NCBI GenBank assembly: GCA_964555135.1 | Contig: CAZKRR010000001.1 | Span: 1,147 to 65,146 of the forward strand | Reading direction: 5' to 3' | DNA from: an uncultured Nitrososphaeria archaeon | GTDB lineage: Archaea; Thermoproteota; Nitrososphaeria_A; Caldarchaeales; Wolframiiraptoraceae | Length of the DNA: 64,000 bases | Part shown: in pieces, positions 1-9,638 of the stretch | Position numbering within the stretch: position 1 is the stretch's first letter | Layout: every line of letters begins with the position of its first letter | Notes under the pieces: generated by a model | The model's input: only the letters and a program-made list of their open reading frames with translations | The model's database searches: none | Told to the model about the DNA's origin: nothing | Made by a program: the position numbers and the translations under genes

Positions 1-426
1 GTTAATTGTTAGTTTTATATCGGGTCTTGTATATCAATAACAGTATACGATTATATCCTGTCATAGTTTAAATGAATCCTTTATAAGCTGATGTATATGT
101 TGAAATGCTTCAGTCAATTTAGAGTAATTTAACTTACGTACTCCAGCGTCTCTTTGAATAATCCATCCCTCATCACGTAAATCACTCAATTCCCTTCTTT
201 TCTTCCAACAGTCTTATGTATTACTTAGTATCTTCTTTGACTTCAGATAATGCTTGTGTTATTTCATCTTCTCACTTGAAAGTATCAATTCTCTCTCTAT
301 CCACTTCTTTAAACTTTCCTCATTATTCATAATTACCTACTCTAACAAAACCGATTTCTCTTAGAGATAATTAAATTTTCCCTCAAAAGACTATCTGCAT
401 ACGAGGGGGATAGCTTCCTATCATGT

Positions 427-840
427 TTATTGGTTGGTTATTAGCTTTAGTTTAGCTATAATTGACAGATCGATCTTTCTTCTATTCTTAAAAATAACAT
501 ATTTTTCGTTAGCAATTTTCTTAGCTGCTTCATAGATGAATTGCTCTATTCCTATCTCATCATAGAGGATCCTGCATCCAGCTACCAATCCCGAAGCTAG
601 GCCTCCAGGCTCTAGATTCTCTTTAAAAGATTCTTCATCCAAGACTATTATGTCGAGCGGGGTCTCAGCTCGAAGATTTTTAAGGTTTTTGAGAATCTTA
701 ATTTCTAAATCAGTTTTCTCTTTTATGCCTAAAAATTTATCGATGATAACAAGTAAGTCTAAATCTCTTGCTTTCACAGGGTTATACACGCTACTTCCAA
801 ATACCACTATTGCTCTAAGCTTCTTTGAATAAGCTTCCAC
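427..840 (-). CDS. minimal nucleotidyltransferase (MNT, Pol-beta fold), antitoxin-like partner of the HEPN ORF
   Basis: Motif AIVVFGSSVYNPVKARDLDLLVI (GS...DxD NTase signature). Lies directly downstream of, and co-oriented with, the HEPN ORF. Confidence 0.7.
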   Translation of the reverse strand: MEAYSKKLRAIVVFGSSVYNPVKARDLDLLVIIDKFLGIKEKTDLEIKILKNLKNLRAETPLDIIVLDEESFKENLEPGGLASGLVAGCRILYDEIGIEQFIYEAAKKIANEKYVIFKNRRKIDLSIIAKLKLITNQ

Positions 841-853
841 GGCATTCTTAATC

Positions 854-1351
854 TTAGATAATGTTTCTTCTTCTAAGATAATTTCCCACCACCTCTACTG
901 TTTTCTCTGCTAGGCTTAAACCCTTCTCTGCAATTTCTTTTGTTACAATGTCTTCAGGTCCTATAACTTCTCCCCTTAATAGGAAGGGGTATCTAGATCT
1001 TGTATAATATTCAGTCAAATATTCTAAGGCTCCTAAAATGTTTTCAAATTCATTCTCCCACTCATTCTCAAACACCTCAACGAACATACTTATAAGCTCG
1101 GGACCATGATTGTAAACGACACGTCTCTTTGCTTCTAACATGGCCTTAACACTTTTCTCAACACTTTGCTGTGCGTAGAAGACGGCTTGAGGATAATCCT
1201 CATATCTTAAAGCTTTCCTTGCTCTCTCAAGATCTTTTAGAGACTCTCTATAGTATTTTTCAGCAAATTTATCAAAGATGGACATAATCCTTGATTTTTC
1301 ATGTATCATGATAGTTAAAAGGGTTACCTTCTCGTGAAGTTCGCTGGACAT
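854..1351 (-). CDS. HEPN domain protein (toxin-like)
   Basis: Segment YEDYPQAVFYAQQSVEKSVKAMLEA is typical of the HEPN helix. Paired with the MNT ORF 14 bp downstream. Confidence 0.65.
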   Translation of the reverse strand: MSSELHEKVTLLTIMIHEKSRIMSIFDKFAEKYYRESLKDLERARKALRYEDYPQAVFYAQQSVEKSVKAMLEAKRRVVYNHGPELISMFVEVFENEWENEFENILGALEYLTEYYTRSRYPFLLRGEVIGPEDIVTKEIAEKGLSLAEKTVEVVGNYLRRRNII

Positions 1352-1452
1352 CCTAATTTTTAATGATGCATTATTAAGGATTGTTAAGGCAATTTTAGAG
1401 TAGATGGTTTGAGAATGTGCAGAGAGTTAATTAAAGAGATTCTGGAGATAGG

Positions 1453-2151
1453 TTGGTGAGAATGGAGTATTTTGTCGGTACATCGGGATGGTTTTACTCA
1501 TGGAACCCTGATGGGAGTCTTGATTGGTTTGTTAGGTATTCTGGTCTGAATGCTGTTGAGTTAAATATGAGCTTTTACCGTTATCCATATCCAAGTATGG
1601 TGCGTTCATGGGCTTCAAAGGGTAAAACCCTTAAATGGGCTATCAAGGTTAATAGACTTATAACCCACGTATTCAAATTCAATGAGAAAGCTTACCAGCT
1701 ATGGAAGAAATTCTATTCTCTGTTTTCACCACTTGACACCTGCGTAGACTTCTACTTATTCCAGCTTCCACCATCTATGACACCTAGATCGATACAGACT
1801 ATAGAAGAGTTTATAAAAAGAACGGGTCTCAGTAAGAGATTTGCCCTTGAGGTTAGGAATATGAAATGGTTTAACAAAATCTATGTTGAATGGGCTTCAA
1901 AGCTTAACATAACCTGGGTTAGCATTGACTCTCCAGATTTCCCTACTGACATATTCAATACAAACGGTATAGTCTATGAGAGAATGCATGGTAGAACAGA
2001 ATGGTACTCACATTATTATACAGACCAAGAACTGAAGGATGTAGCAGAGAGGATTAAAGAGAGGAACCCGGAGAAAGTTTACATATTCTTCAACAATAAT
2101 CATGATATGTTGGAAAATGCGAGAAGGATGCTGCAGATACTTTCAGTCTGA
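1453..2151 (+). CDS. DUF72 family protein
   Basis: N-terminal GTSGWFYSWNP and FYRYP motifs are typical of DUF72/UPF0759. Confidence 0.55.
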   Translation: MVRMEYFVGTSGWFYSWNPDGSLDWFVRYSGLNAVELNMSFYRYPYPSMVRSWASKGKTLKWAIKVNRLITHVFKFNEKAYQLWKKFYSLFSPLDTCVDFYLFQLPPSMTPRSIQTIEEFIKRTGLSKRFALEVRNMKWFNKIYVEWASKLNITWVSIDSPDFPTDIFNTNGIVYERMHGRTEWYSHYYTDQELKDVAERIKERNPEKVYIFFNNNHDMLENARRMLQILSV

Positions 2152-2447
2152 AAACAGGCTTTTCTCGATATGGTCTCGAATGATGTAGAAATCATTCTTA
2201 ATATTGGTCACAATGTTACTTAGTTAACTACGATAAGAAGAAGTGCTGCACCTTTATTAGAGAGGCATATAGCTGTTTAAGATTCTGAGCTTTGAATTCA
2301 TGATTTAGTGTTCATAGATAAGCCTAATCTTAAAGCATGACTAGCTTTATTCGATTTAGAATATTCCTACTTTGCACAATGATAAACTTAATTAAACATT
2401 AGGAGTCTTCAATAGTAAGGTGTCTGCCTGTAAATGGAGGTGTATGC

Positions 2448-3629
2448 ATGGATTTCGAACTAACTGAAGAGCAGAAGGCAATTGCTGAATCAGCAAGAGA
2501 GATAGCACGTGATTTCCCACCAGAATATTGGAGGGAGAAAGAAGAGAAAGAAGAATTTGCAGAAGAATTCTTTAAAGCAATCTCAGAAGCAGGATTTTTT
2601 GGAATAGTTATCCCAGAAGAATATGGTGGATCAAGCTATGGGTTAATAGAGCTTCTAATAGCTATAGAAGAGCTTTCAGCAAATGGTTGCGGAATGGGTG
2701 GAGCATGGTATCTTATCTTGACGGAAGTACTTGGCGGATTAACGATAGCTAGACATGGAACTAAAGAGCAGAAGGAGAAGTACTTACCGAAGATCGCCAA
2801 GGGCCAGATTGAATTTTGCATGGCTTTAACAGAGCCAGATGCTGGAACAAATACTCTTACAATAAAAACGTTTGCTAGAAGGGAAGGTGATGAATGGATA
2901 ATAAACGGAAATAAGATATTCATAAGTGGTATTGACAGAGCAAGAGGAATGCTGCTCATTGCTAGAACTACTCCACTTGAAAAAGCGCCTAAGAAGACCT
3001 TTGGTTTAAGTCTATTCCTCGTAGACCTCCCAAACGAGTCTGTTAAGGCTACCCCTATCCCAAAACATGGAATAAATTATTCCAAGAGTTGTGAAGTAAG
3101 TATAACCGAATTACGTGTACCATCGGACTCCCTAATCCCTCCAGTAGATGAAGGATGGTATATACTATTAGATACACTTAATCCGGAGAGAATGAGCTTT
3201 ACATCTGCAGCTATAGGAATCTCAAAACTAGCCATAAAGAAAGCGGTAGAATACTCAAAGCATAGAAGGGTTTTCGCAGATCCGATTGGAAGCTATCAAG
3301 GATTACAATTCCCATTAGCTGAAGCATATGCTATGCTGGAATGCGCTAGATTGATGAATCTTAAAGCAGCCTGGCTTTTCGACCATAAAGCAGATTATAG
3401 ATCTGTAGGTGAGGCAGCAAATATCGCTAAGACTGTTGCTGTCGAAGCTGGGATAAAAGCAGTCTACTGGGCGATGCAGACTTTTGGTGGATATGGGTAT
3501 GCTAAAGAATATGATGTTGAAAGATGGTGGAGAGAGATAAACTTGATTAGGCTAGCTCCCGTAACCCAGCAAATGACTTTAAACTATATCGCGGAGCATG
3601 TTCTCGGAATGCCTAAGAGTTATAGATAA
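2448..3629 (+). CDS. acyl-CoA dehydrogenase
   Basis: ACAD hallmarks: EEQKAIAESAREIA N-terminus, YGGSSYG, a central beta-domain and C-terminal QTFGGYGY. GGAGGTG Shine-Dalgarno-like sequence 8 nt upstream of the ATG. Confidence 0.8.
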   Translation: MDFELTEEQKAIAESAREIARDFPPEYWREKEEKEEFAEEFFKAISEAGFFGIVIPEEYGGSSYGLIELLIAIEELSANGCGMGGAWYLILTEVLGGLTIARHGTKEQKEKYLPKIAKGQIEFCMALTEPDAGTNTLTIKTFARREGDEWIINGNKIFISGIDRARGMLLIARTTPLEKAPKKTFGLSLFLVDLPNESVKATPIPKHGINYSKSCEVSITELRVPSDSLIPPVDEGWYILLDTLNPERMSFTSAAIGISKLAIKKAVEYSKHRRVFADPIGSYQGLQFPLAEAYAMLECARLMNLKAAWLFDHKADYRSVGEAANIAKTVAVEAGIKAVYWAMQTFGGYGYAKEYDVERWWREINLIRLAPVTQQMTLNYIAEHVLGMPKSYR

Positions 3630-3716
3630 GGATTCCTATCAGTTGGAGTAGAAGTAAATATTCATGAACTAGAAAAATTAATTAAAGAAAACACATAACT
3701 ATTGTTGTGATTATAG

Positions 3717-4865
3717 TTGTCAGGTAGAGTTGCTATTGTCGATGTTGCACAAACTAAACATAGTGCGCCCTATATAAAAAATCTGACTGTCTCCGACCTT
3801 GTCTATATAGTTGTTAAAGAATTATTGGAGAAGACAGGAGCATCCATCGAAGACCTAGAAACAATAATTACTTCTTCATCTGATTACTGGCAGGGTTCAG
3901 GATGTTCCAATGTATTCTATTTTGATGCTGCTGGAGCATATTTAAAGGATTCACCTAAAGTTGAAGAAGATTCTGCATTAAGCTTCGTTTACGCATTTAT
4001 GAGGGTACTTTCAGGTCATTTTGATAAAGCCCTTATTGTAGCTGTAACAAAGTGTTCGGAAGCACCTAGTATAAGTGATATAACTAGGTTAAACTCGGAC
4101 CCATTCTACCAGAGACCCATTGGTATTGAAGAAGTTACAGCTGCAGGTCTCCAAGCGCAACAATATGTATCTAGATACAAGTTATCAGATGAGATAAGAG
4201 CTGAAATAGCTGTCAAGAATTATAGAAACGCTATCAATAATCCTTATGCACATAGGAGGATGAATCTAACAATAGATGAAGTACTTGGATCAGAGGTTCT
4301 AGCATACCCCCTTAGAAGGCTTGAAGTAGCTGATGGGTCTGATGGTGCTGTAGCAGTTCTTATTGCATCTGAAGAAGCTGCAAGAAAACTTACAGATACA
4401 CCCGTATGGATTAGAGGAGTAGGATGGAGTGTAGACCACTACTTCCTAGGAGATAGAGATTTACTAGAAGTTGTTTCATTAAGAGAAGCATCAGAGAGAG
4501 CCTACAAGATGAGCGGCATAAGATATCCTACGAAACAGATAGATTTAGCAGAAATATGTGAAACCTCAACTGTTCAAGAATTGTTATGGTATGAAGGTTT
4601 AGGGTTCTGTAGCAGAGGAGAAGGTTGGAAGCTAATAGCTAATGGTGTTACAGAGATGTGTGGAGAGTTACCAGTAAATCCTTCAGGTGGAGTATTAGCA
4701 ACGAATCCATATGTTGCTAGAGGCTTGATAAGAGTAGCTGAAGCCGCTCTCCAATTGAAGGGAGAAGCTGGTAGAAGACAAGTGCCTGATGTTGAGACTG
4801 CCATTGTACATAGTACTCATGGGGCTGCAGGTAGTCACCACACCGTCATCGTATTGGGTAGGTGA
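3717..4865 (+). CDS. thiolase-like protein (SCP-x / non-specific lipid-transfer-type thiolase)
   Basis: RVAIVDVAQTKH N-terminus and C-terminal NPSGGVLATNP...GL thiolase fold. TTG start immediately after an in-frame stop. Confidence 0.65.
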   Translation: MSGRVAIVDVAQTKHSAPYIKNLTVSDLVYIVVKELLEKTGASIEDLETIITSSSDYWQGSGCSNVFYFDAAGAYLKDSPKVEEDSALSFVYAFMRVLSGHFDKALIVAVTKCSEAPSISDITRLNSDPFYQRPIGIEEVTAAGLQAQQYVSRYKLSDEIRAEIAVKNYRNAINNPYAHRRMNLTIDEVLGSEVLAYPLRRLEVADGSDGAVAVLIASEEAARKLTDTPVWIRGVGWSVDHYFLGDRDLLEVVSLREASERAYKMSGIRYPTKQIDLAEICETSTVQELLWYEGLGFCSRGEGWKLIANGVTEMCGELPVNPSGGVLATNPYVARGLIRVAEAALQLKGEAGRRQVPDVETAIVHSTHGAAGSHHTVIVLGR

Positions 4866-4870
4866 AAAAA

Positions 4871-6033
4871 TGAGGAAGGTAGCAATCGTAGGGGTAGGTC
4901 AAACAAGATGTGGTAGGAGAGATGATGTAAGCTTCCCAGAACTAGTACATGAAGCTGTAAAAGAAGCTCTAGATGATGCTAGGTTAGATATAAAAGATAT
5001 AGAAGCATTCATAACTGGTTCTATGCCCGCGCCTATGTCAGGTGTGAATGCTCCTCACCTATACTGGGCTGACGCTGTTGGAGCATATCGAAAGCCTATC
5101 ATAAGAGTGGCGACATGTGGAACTACAGGAGGGTCCATTGCTCACACTGGATATTATCACGTAGCATCAGGGCTATTCGATATAGTTATGGTTGTAGGAG
5201 CAGAGAAGATGTATGAGGGAGATCCTCAGGGGGTCATGACTACGATATGGGATTATAGGTATGAGAGACCATTCCTAGCTGGTGCTCCCGGAGTATTTGC
5301 AATGCAGGCAATGGAGTATATTCACCGATATAATTTCAGCCTTGAGGAAGTTGCAGAAGCTGCTGCACTCCTATCAGTTAAACATCACTTAGCTGCATTA
5401 GATAACCCCTACGCACATATTAAACAAGAGATAACAGTAGAAGATGTATTGAGGTCACGCATAGTTGCATATCCTATAAGACTGCTAGATATATGTCCTA
5501 TATCAGATGGTGCTTGCGCAGTCATCCTGGCTTCTGAGGATAAAGCAAGAAAGATTACAGATACACCTGTATGGATTAAAGGTTTAGGTTACTGTGGTGA
5601 TGAACAATTATTAGCAGACAAAGACTTGGTTTGGTGGCTTTCAGCAGTTAAAGCAGCTCAGGAAGCTTACAAGATGGCTGGTATAGAGAATCCTGTCAAA
5701 CAGATAGATGTAGCCGAAGTATACAATCCATTCACATACCAGGAACTAACATTCTATGAATGCTTCGGCTTCTGCGGTAGGGGGGAAGCGGTAAAACTAG
5801 TAAAAGAAGGCTTCTTCAACAAGGATGGGCAGCTACCAACCGACCCCTCCGGCGGCGTTCTATGTACTAATCCAATAGGTGCTACAGGGCTACAACGTAT
5901 AGCAGAGGCAGCTCTCCAAGTAATGGGGAGGGCGGGCAAGAGGCAGATACCTGCTGTTGAGACTGCATTTGCACATGCAATGGGTGGGTCGTACTCCTTA
6001 AATAGCGTATTTATATTTAGTAGGAGTAAGTAG
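4871..6033 (+). CDS. thiolase-like protein (SCP-x type), paralogue of the upstream gene
   Basis: MRKVAIVGVGQTRCG N-terminus and C-terminal DPSGGVLCTNPIGATGL. The ORF track starts at 4789, but the ATG at 4871 follows the upstream stop and matches thiolase N-termini. Confidence 0.65.
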
Positions 6034-6047
6034 GGAGGGTTCTTTAG

Positions 6048-6521
6048 TTGGATGAAGAGGTAGAGCCTAGGATAATCGAAGGTGTATTAAGTCTACCCTA
6101 TAGATGGGCTACTGGACCAGTTGGAGCAAAATTCCTTGAAGGATTAAAGAATAAGAAAATATTAGGTACTCGCTGCCCAAAATGTAGAAGAGTGCTTGTA
6201 CCAGCTAGAAAGTTCTGTCCAAGATGCTTCGTAGATACTGATGAATGGGTTGAGGTTGGAGATAAGGGGATTCTGAGAACATTCACCATAATAAACTTCA
6301 GCTTTGTAGGCCAGGTTAGAAAGCCACCATACATAGTAGGGATAATAGAATTAGATGGAGCAGATGTAGGTTTTACACACTTCATAGGAGGTGTTGATCT
6401 TACTGATATTGAGAAAGCAGCTAGAGAACTTAGACCTGGCATGAGGGTTCAAGCAGTATGGCGTGAAGAGAGGAAAGGGGATATACTAGATATTGAATAT
6501 TTTAAACCGGTAAAAGAGTAA
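6048..6521 (+). CDS. DUF35 OB-fold / zinc-ribbon protein (thiolase-associated)
   Basis: CPKCRRVLVPARKFCPRC rubredoxin-like zinc ribbon followed by an OB-fold region. Position immediately after thiolases is conserved in archaea. Confidence 0.65.
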   Translation: MDEEVEPRIIEGVLSLPYRWATGPVGAKFLEGLKNKKILGTRCPKCRRVLVPARKFCPRCFVDTDEWVEVGDKGILRTFTIINFSFVGQVRKPPYIVGIIELDGADVGFTHFIGGVDLTDIEKAARELRPGMRVQAVWREERKGDILDIEYFKPVKE

Positions 6522-6636
6522 GGGAAGATTAAGCTGACTCTCAATACCATCTTGAGAGGAACTTAGCACTAATTACCTAGAGTTTTGCAGGGTTAACCCA
6601 GAGGCCCCTACCATTAAGCTTACTTAATTACTTAAT

Positions 6637-7644
6637 GTGATAAATATTTATCCTGTTAGGTTGATTAAGAATGGCGGATTGGTGAAAGTAGATAAGGTAC
6701 ACCCTGACCTTTATAGGATTGAAACACCTCTACCCGGGAATCCCCTCAAATATGTTAATTCGTATGTAATAAAGAGTTCTAAACCCTTGATAGTAGATAC
6801 TAGCTTTAATCTAGGTGTATGTTACTTGGAATTCATTAGAGCTCTAAGAGAGATTGGGGTCGATTTTAGGAGAGCAGATTATTTTATTACCCATCTTCAT
6901 GCAGACCATCTTGGACTCGCAGGTAGATTGACTGAAGAAGTCTTCATGAGTAGTATAGATTCTGAGATTGCATCAAAGATAATAGATGACACTAGTATGT
7001 GGAGGAGGGTTATAGAATACTTCGTCATGAATGGTTTACCACGAGAAGATGCAGAGAAGATCATAAGCCTTCCTCCAGCTATAAGATATCTAAGTAAAGT
7101 TGACTTCCATAAAGTAGACGATAAGGAAATCTTAGAATATGGAGATTACTCTCTCCAAGCGGTCTTAACGCCTGGGCATACACCTGGACATATGTGTTTA
7201 TACGATGAAGATAAAAAGATACTTTTCTCAGGAGACCACGTATTATTCGATATAACACCCAATATCTCATACTGGGAGGGGCGTGAAGCTCTTGAAGAAT
7301 ATCTTAAAAGCTTAGACAAAATCTACCAACTCGATATAGAGGTTGCCTTACCGGGGCATAGAAGCTTTAAGGGAGATATCAGAAGAAGAATTCTTGAGAT
7401 TAGAGAACATCATACTAAGAGACTTGGAGAAGTAGTTAATTCTTTAAGGAATGGAATGAAGACAGCTTGGCAGATAGCGCCTTCCGTAATGTGGGAATTG
7501 AAGTATGATAAGTGGGATGACATACCAGTTGTTCAGAAATGGTTTATTATTGGTGAGACTATAGCCCACCTCCAATACCTAGAAAAGAAGAAAATCATTG
7601 CTAGAGAAATTATAGATGGTCTTATTTACTATAGTTTAACCTAG
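6637..7644 (+). CDS. MBL-fold metallo-hydrolase
   Basis: THLHADHLG metallo-beta-lactamase motif, with PGHTPGH and later His/Asp ligands. Confidence 0.6.
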   Translation: MINIYPVRLIKNGGLVKVDKVHPDLYRIETPLPGNPLKYVNSYVIKSSKPLIVDTSFNLGVCYLEFIRALREIGVDFRRADYFITHLHADHLGLAGRLTEEVFMSSIDSEIASKIIDDTSMWRRVIEYFVMNGLPREDAEKIISLPPAIRYLSKVDFHKVDDKEILEYGDYSLQAVLTPGHTPGHMCLYDEDKKILFSGDHVLFDITPNISYWEGREALEEYLKSLDKIYQLDIEVALPGHRSFKGDIRRRILEIREHHTKRLGEVVNSLRNGMKTAWQIAPSVMWELKYDKWDDIPVVQKWFIIGETIAHLQYLEKKKIIAREIIDGLIYYSLT

Positions 7645-7692
7645 ACTCTCTACGTGCATCCTATCTTCTTCATGATATCACTACCACCTTCT

Positions 7693-8463
7693 TTACCTCC
7701 TTGGGATAATAATCCCAGTTGGATCGATTTCTCTCATAACCTTCAATTCTTCTATCGTAGGTGGGTCTAGAACTTCAACCCTCTCAGGAATGATTATTTT
7801 GAAAGAAGAATTTTCTTCGACATCTTTTAGAGTTGTATTAGGATATAATGCTAGCAGCATCATCTCTTTTGTTTCAGGGTGGAATCCGTAAACTCCTATC
7901 TGAGTAACTACCCTATATGGCCCCGTATTTATTGGGAGACCAGAGTTTTCTCTACTACCTGGTCCATTTAGGTATCCAGGAGTGGTTACATAGTCTACTC
8001 TATCTACGAATCTTAGCTTATCTTGCTTCATTATCGTAATAGTCTTCCATGATAATGAACCTACATCATTTGCGCCCCCACTCCCAGGCAGTCTGACGCT
8101 GGGTCTCCTCCAATCACCTATCACAGTTGTGTTTATGTTCCCGTATTTATCTATCTGTGCTGCTCCCAGAAATCCATAGTCTACGTATCCTCGTTGCGCA
8201 AGAGACATTATATAATCCATACTAGTAGCCATGATTGCTCTATCTATCGTGCATGAACTTCCTACTGATACCGTTAATCTGTCTAGTAGTGGGTCTATAC
8301 CTCCTGCCTCAAAGATTATGAGGAGGTTTGGGCAGTATAATCTTTTGGCTACTATTGAAGCAATTATAGGCATACCTGTCCCTACGAATACTATCTTCTT
8401 ATCTTCTAGTATTCTTGCAGCAGCAGCAACCATCATCTCTACTGGGCTATATATAATAGGCAT
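7693..8463 (-). CDS. CoA-transferase subunit B (3-oxoacid/glutaconate CoA-transferase family)
   Basis: MPIIYSPVEMMVAAAA...VFVGTGMP N-terminus and a glycine-rich SGGANDV region typical of the beta subunit. Start placed at the internal ATG (track start 8511 would overlap subunit A). Confidence 0.7.
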   Translation of the reverse strand: MPIIYSPVEMMVAAAARILEDKKIVFVGTGMPIIASIVAKRLYCPNLLIIFEAGGIDPLLDRLTVSVGSSCTIDRAIMATSMDYIMSLAQRGYVDYGFLGAAQIDKYGNINTTVIGDWRRPSVRLPGSGGANDVGSLSWKTITIMKQDKLRFVDRVDYVTTPGYLNGPGSRENSGLPINTGPYRVVTQIGVYGFHPETKEMMLLALYPNTTLKDVEENSSFKIIIPERVEVLDPPTIEELKVMREIDPTGIIIPRR

Positions 8464-8467
8464 GCTC

Positions 8468-9448
8468 TCACTCCACCCATGGATAGATAGGCTCAGCCCT
8501 CTTCTTCTCAAGATCCATCAAGTATTTTAATTTCCTATATCCGCCTATCCTTTCTAAATACTCCCAGAAGTCTTCTACTCCATAGATGTATTTCTGTAGA
8601 TACTGGAGGGTGCCTTCCCTCGTCCTCGTTAGTGACAAGTACTCAGCAAAATGCTCTTCATCAAAAGCATAGATGTATGGCATGTTTCCAGGATGCGACC
8701 CGAAGGGTTGTTCTACGACCGCATCTACAAGGAAGAACGGTATAGTTGTTTGATATGGTTGTCTTCTTAGCTCTTCTGTATGAACTATTTCTTCAGTAGT
8801 TATTATTAATCTCTTAGCGGCTCTTGCCAACTCAAAATCCATAATCGTATGACCTAGTATCTGCGCATTTCCATACATGTCTGCTTTATGGACATGGATT
8901 ACGGCTACATCTGGATAGCATGCTGGAATAAGTATGATAGGTTTATTACTGAAGGGATCCCTGATAATCTTACTGCTACTCTTCTTAAACGTATCTGTTC
9001 CAGCAATTACTCTAGCCGGTATGAATGGTAAACCCATAGCTGCTGCTTTAAATCTCCATTCAAAAGCAGCGTTACTCCACTCAGAAACAACCTCAACTTC
9101 TCCTTTTTCAACAGCCCTCCTACCTGCAGGTGACAAGCCTCTCAATTCGTGTCCAAATGCATATGCTACTTCAACTTTACTAACACATCCAGCTGCGATA
9201 AGAACGTCGATATCATGAACCGCTGTCTTGGCCGCGTAGATTAAGTTTTTGACATTCTGTCTTATAATCTCATGTACTATAACCATAGAAACTCTGACGT
9301 GACCGAAACCTCCAAAAGCTACATAAGAACCATCCTTAATGAATTTCCGCACAGCCTCACTTGGAGACATCAATTTACTAGTATACTCTCTTTGCTTGTT
9401 TTTCCTTACCCATTCTCTTGCTTCATCAGGGTCCATCCAGCCTAGCAA
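8468..9448 (-). CDS. CoA-transferase subunit A
   Basis: KFIKDGSYVAFGGFG and the family I CoA-transferase alpha-subunit pattern. Start uncertain: alternative ATG at 9370. Confidence 0.7.
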   Translation of the reverse strand: MLGWMDPDEAREWVRKNKQREYTSKLMSPSEAVRKFIKDGSYVAFGGFGHVRVSMVIVHEIIRQNVKNLIYAAKTAVHDIDVLIAAGCVSKVEVAYAFGHELRGLSPAGRRAVEKGEVEVVSEWSNAAFEWRFKAAAMGLPFIPARVIAGTDTFKKSSSKIIRDPFSNKPIILIPACYPDVAVIHVHKADMYGNAQILGHTIMDFELARAAKRLIITTEEIVHTEELRRQPYQTTIPFFLVDAVVEQPFGSHPGNMPYIYAFDEEHFAEYLSLTRTREGTLQYLQKYIYGVEDFWEYLERIGGYRKLKYLMDLEKKRAEPIYPWVE

Positions 9449-9638
9449 AGGTGCTTCACCCTCACCAAGAATATAGGGATTACTACTCAGAAAGGGTCAC
9501 CAGTTAATCATTTTACAGATGATATTTCAAGCTTATGTCTCCACAATACTTAAGTATCTAAACAAGTATGGGGAAAAAGATTATAGTCCCAGGTCGTGAA
9601 CCCTGCATCTTAGAGTCTTCCTAAGCGTCGACTTATCG

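Noticed and set aside
650-832. 60-aa plus-strand ORF inside the MNT gene
   Set aside because: Fully antisense to a well-supported CDS; low-complexity product with no motif.
2161-2447. Possible C/D-box sRNA (AATGATGTA ... CTGA) and a 7-bp hairpin GAATGAT/ATCATTC after the DUF72 stop
   Set aside because: Box spacing (about 100 nt) is too long for an archaeal C/D sRNA and no kink-turn pairing was found. The hairpin may simply be a terminator-like structure; there is not enough evidence to call it.
2636-2959. 107-aa minus-strand ORF inside the acyl-CoA dehydrogenase gene
   Set aside because: Antisense shadow ORF with a Ser/Pro-rich low-complexity product.
4574-6442. Minus-strand ORFs 4574..4804, 5754..5939 and 6098..6442 inside the thiolase and DUF35 genes
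   Set aside because: Antisense to strongly supported CDSs with no recognisable domains.
8231-9218. Plus-strand ORFs 8231..8530 and 8934..9218 within the CoA-transferase genes
   Set aside because: Antisense; compositionally biased products.
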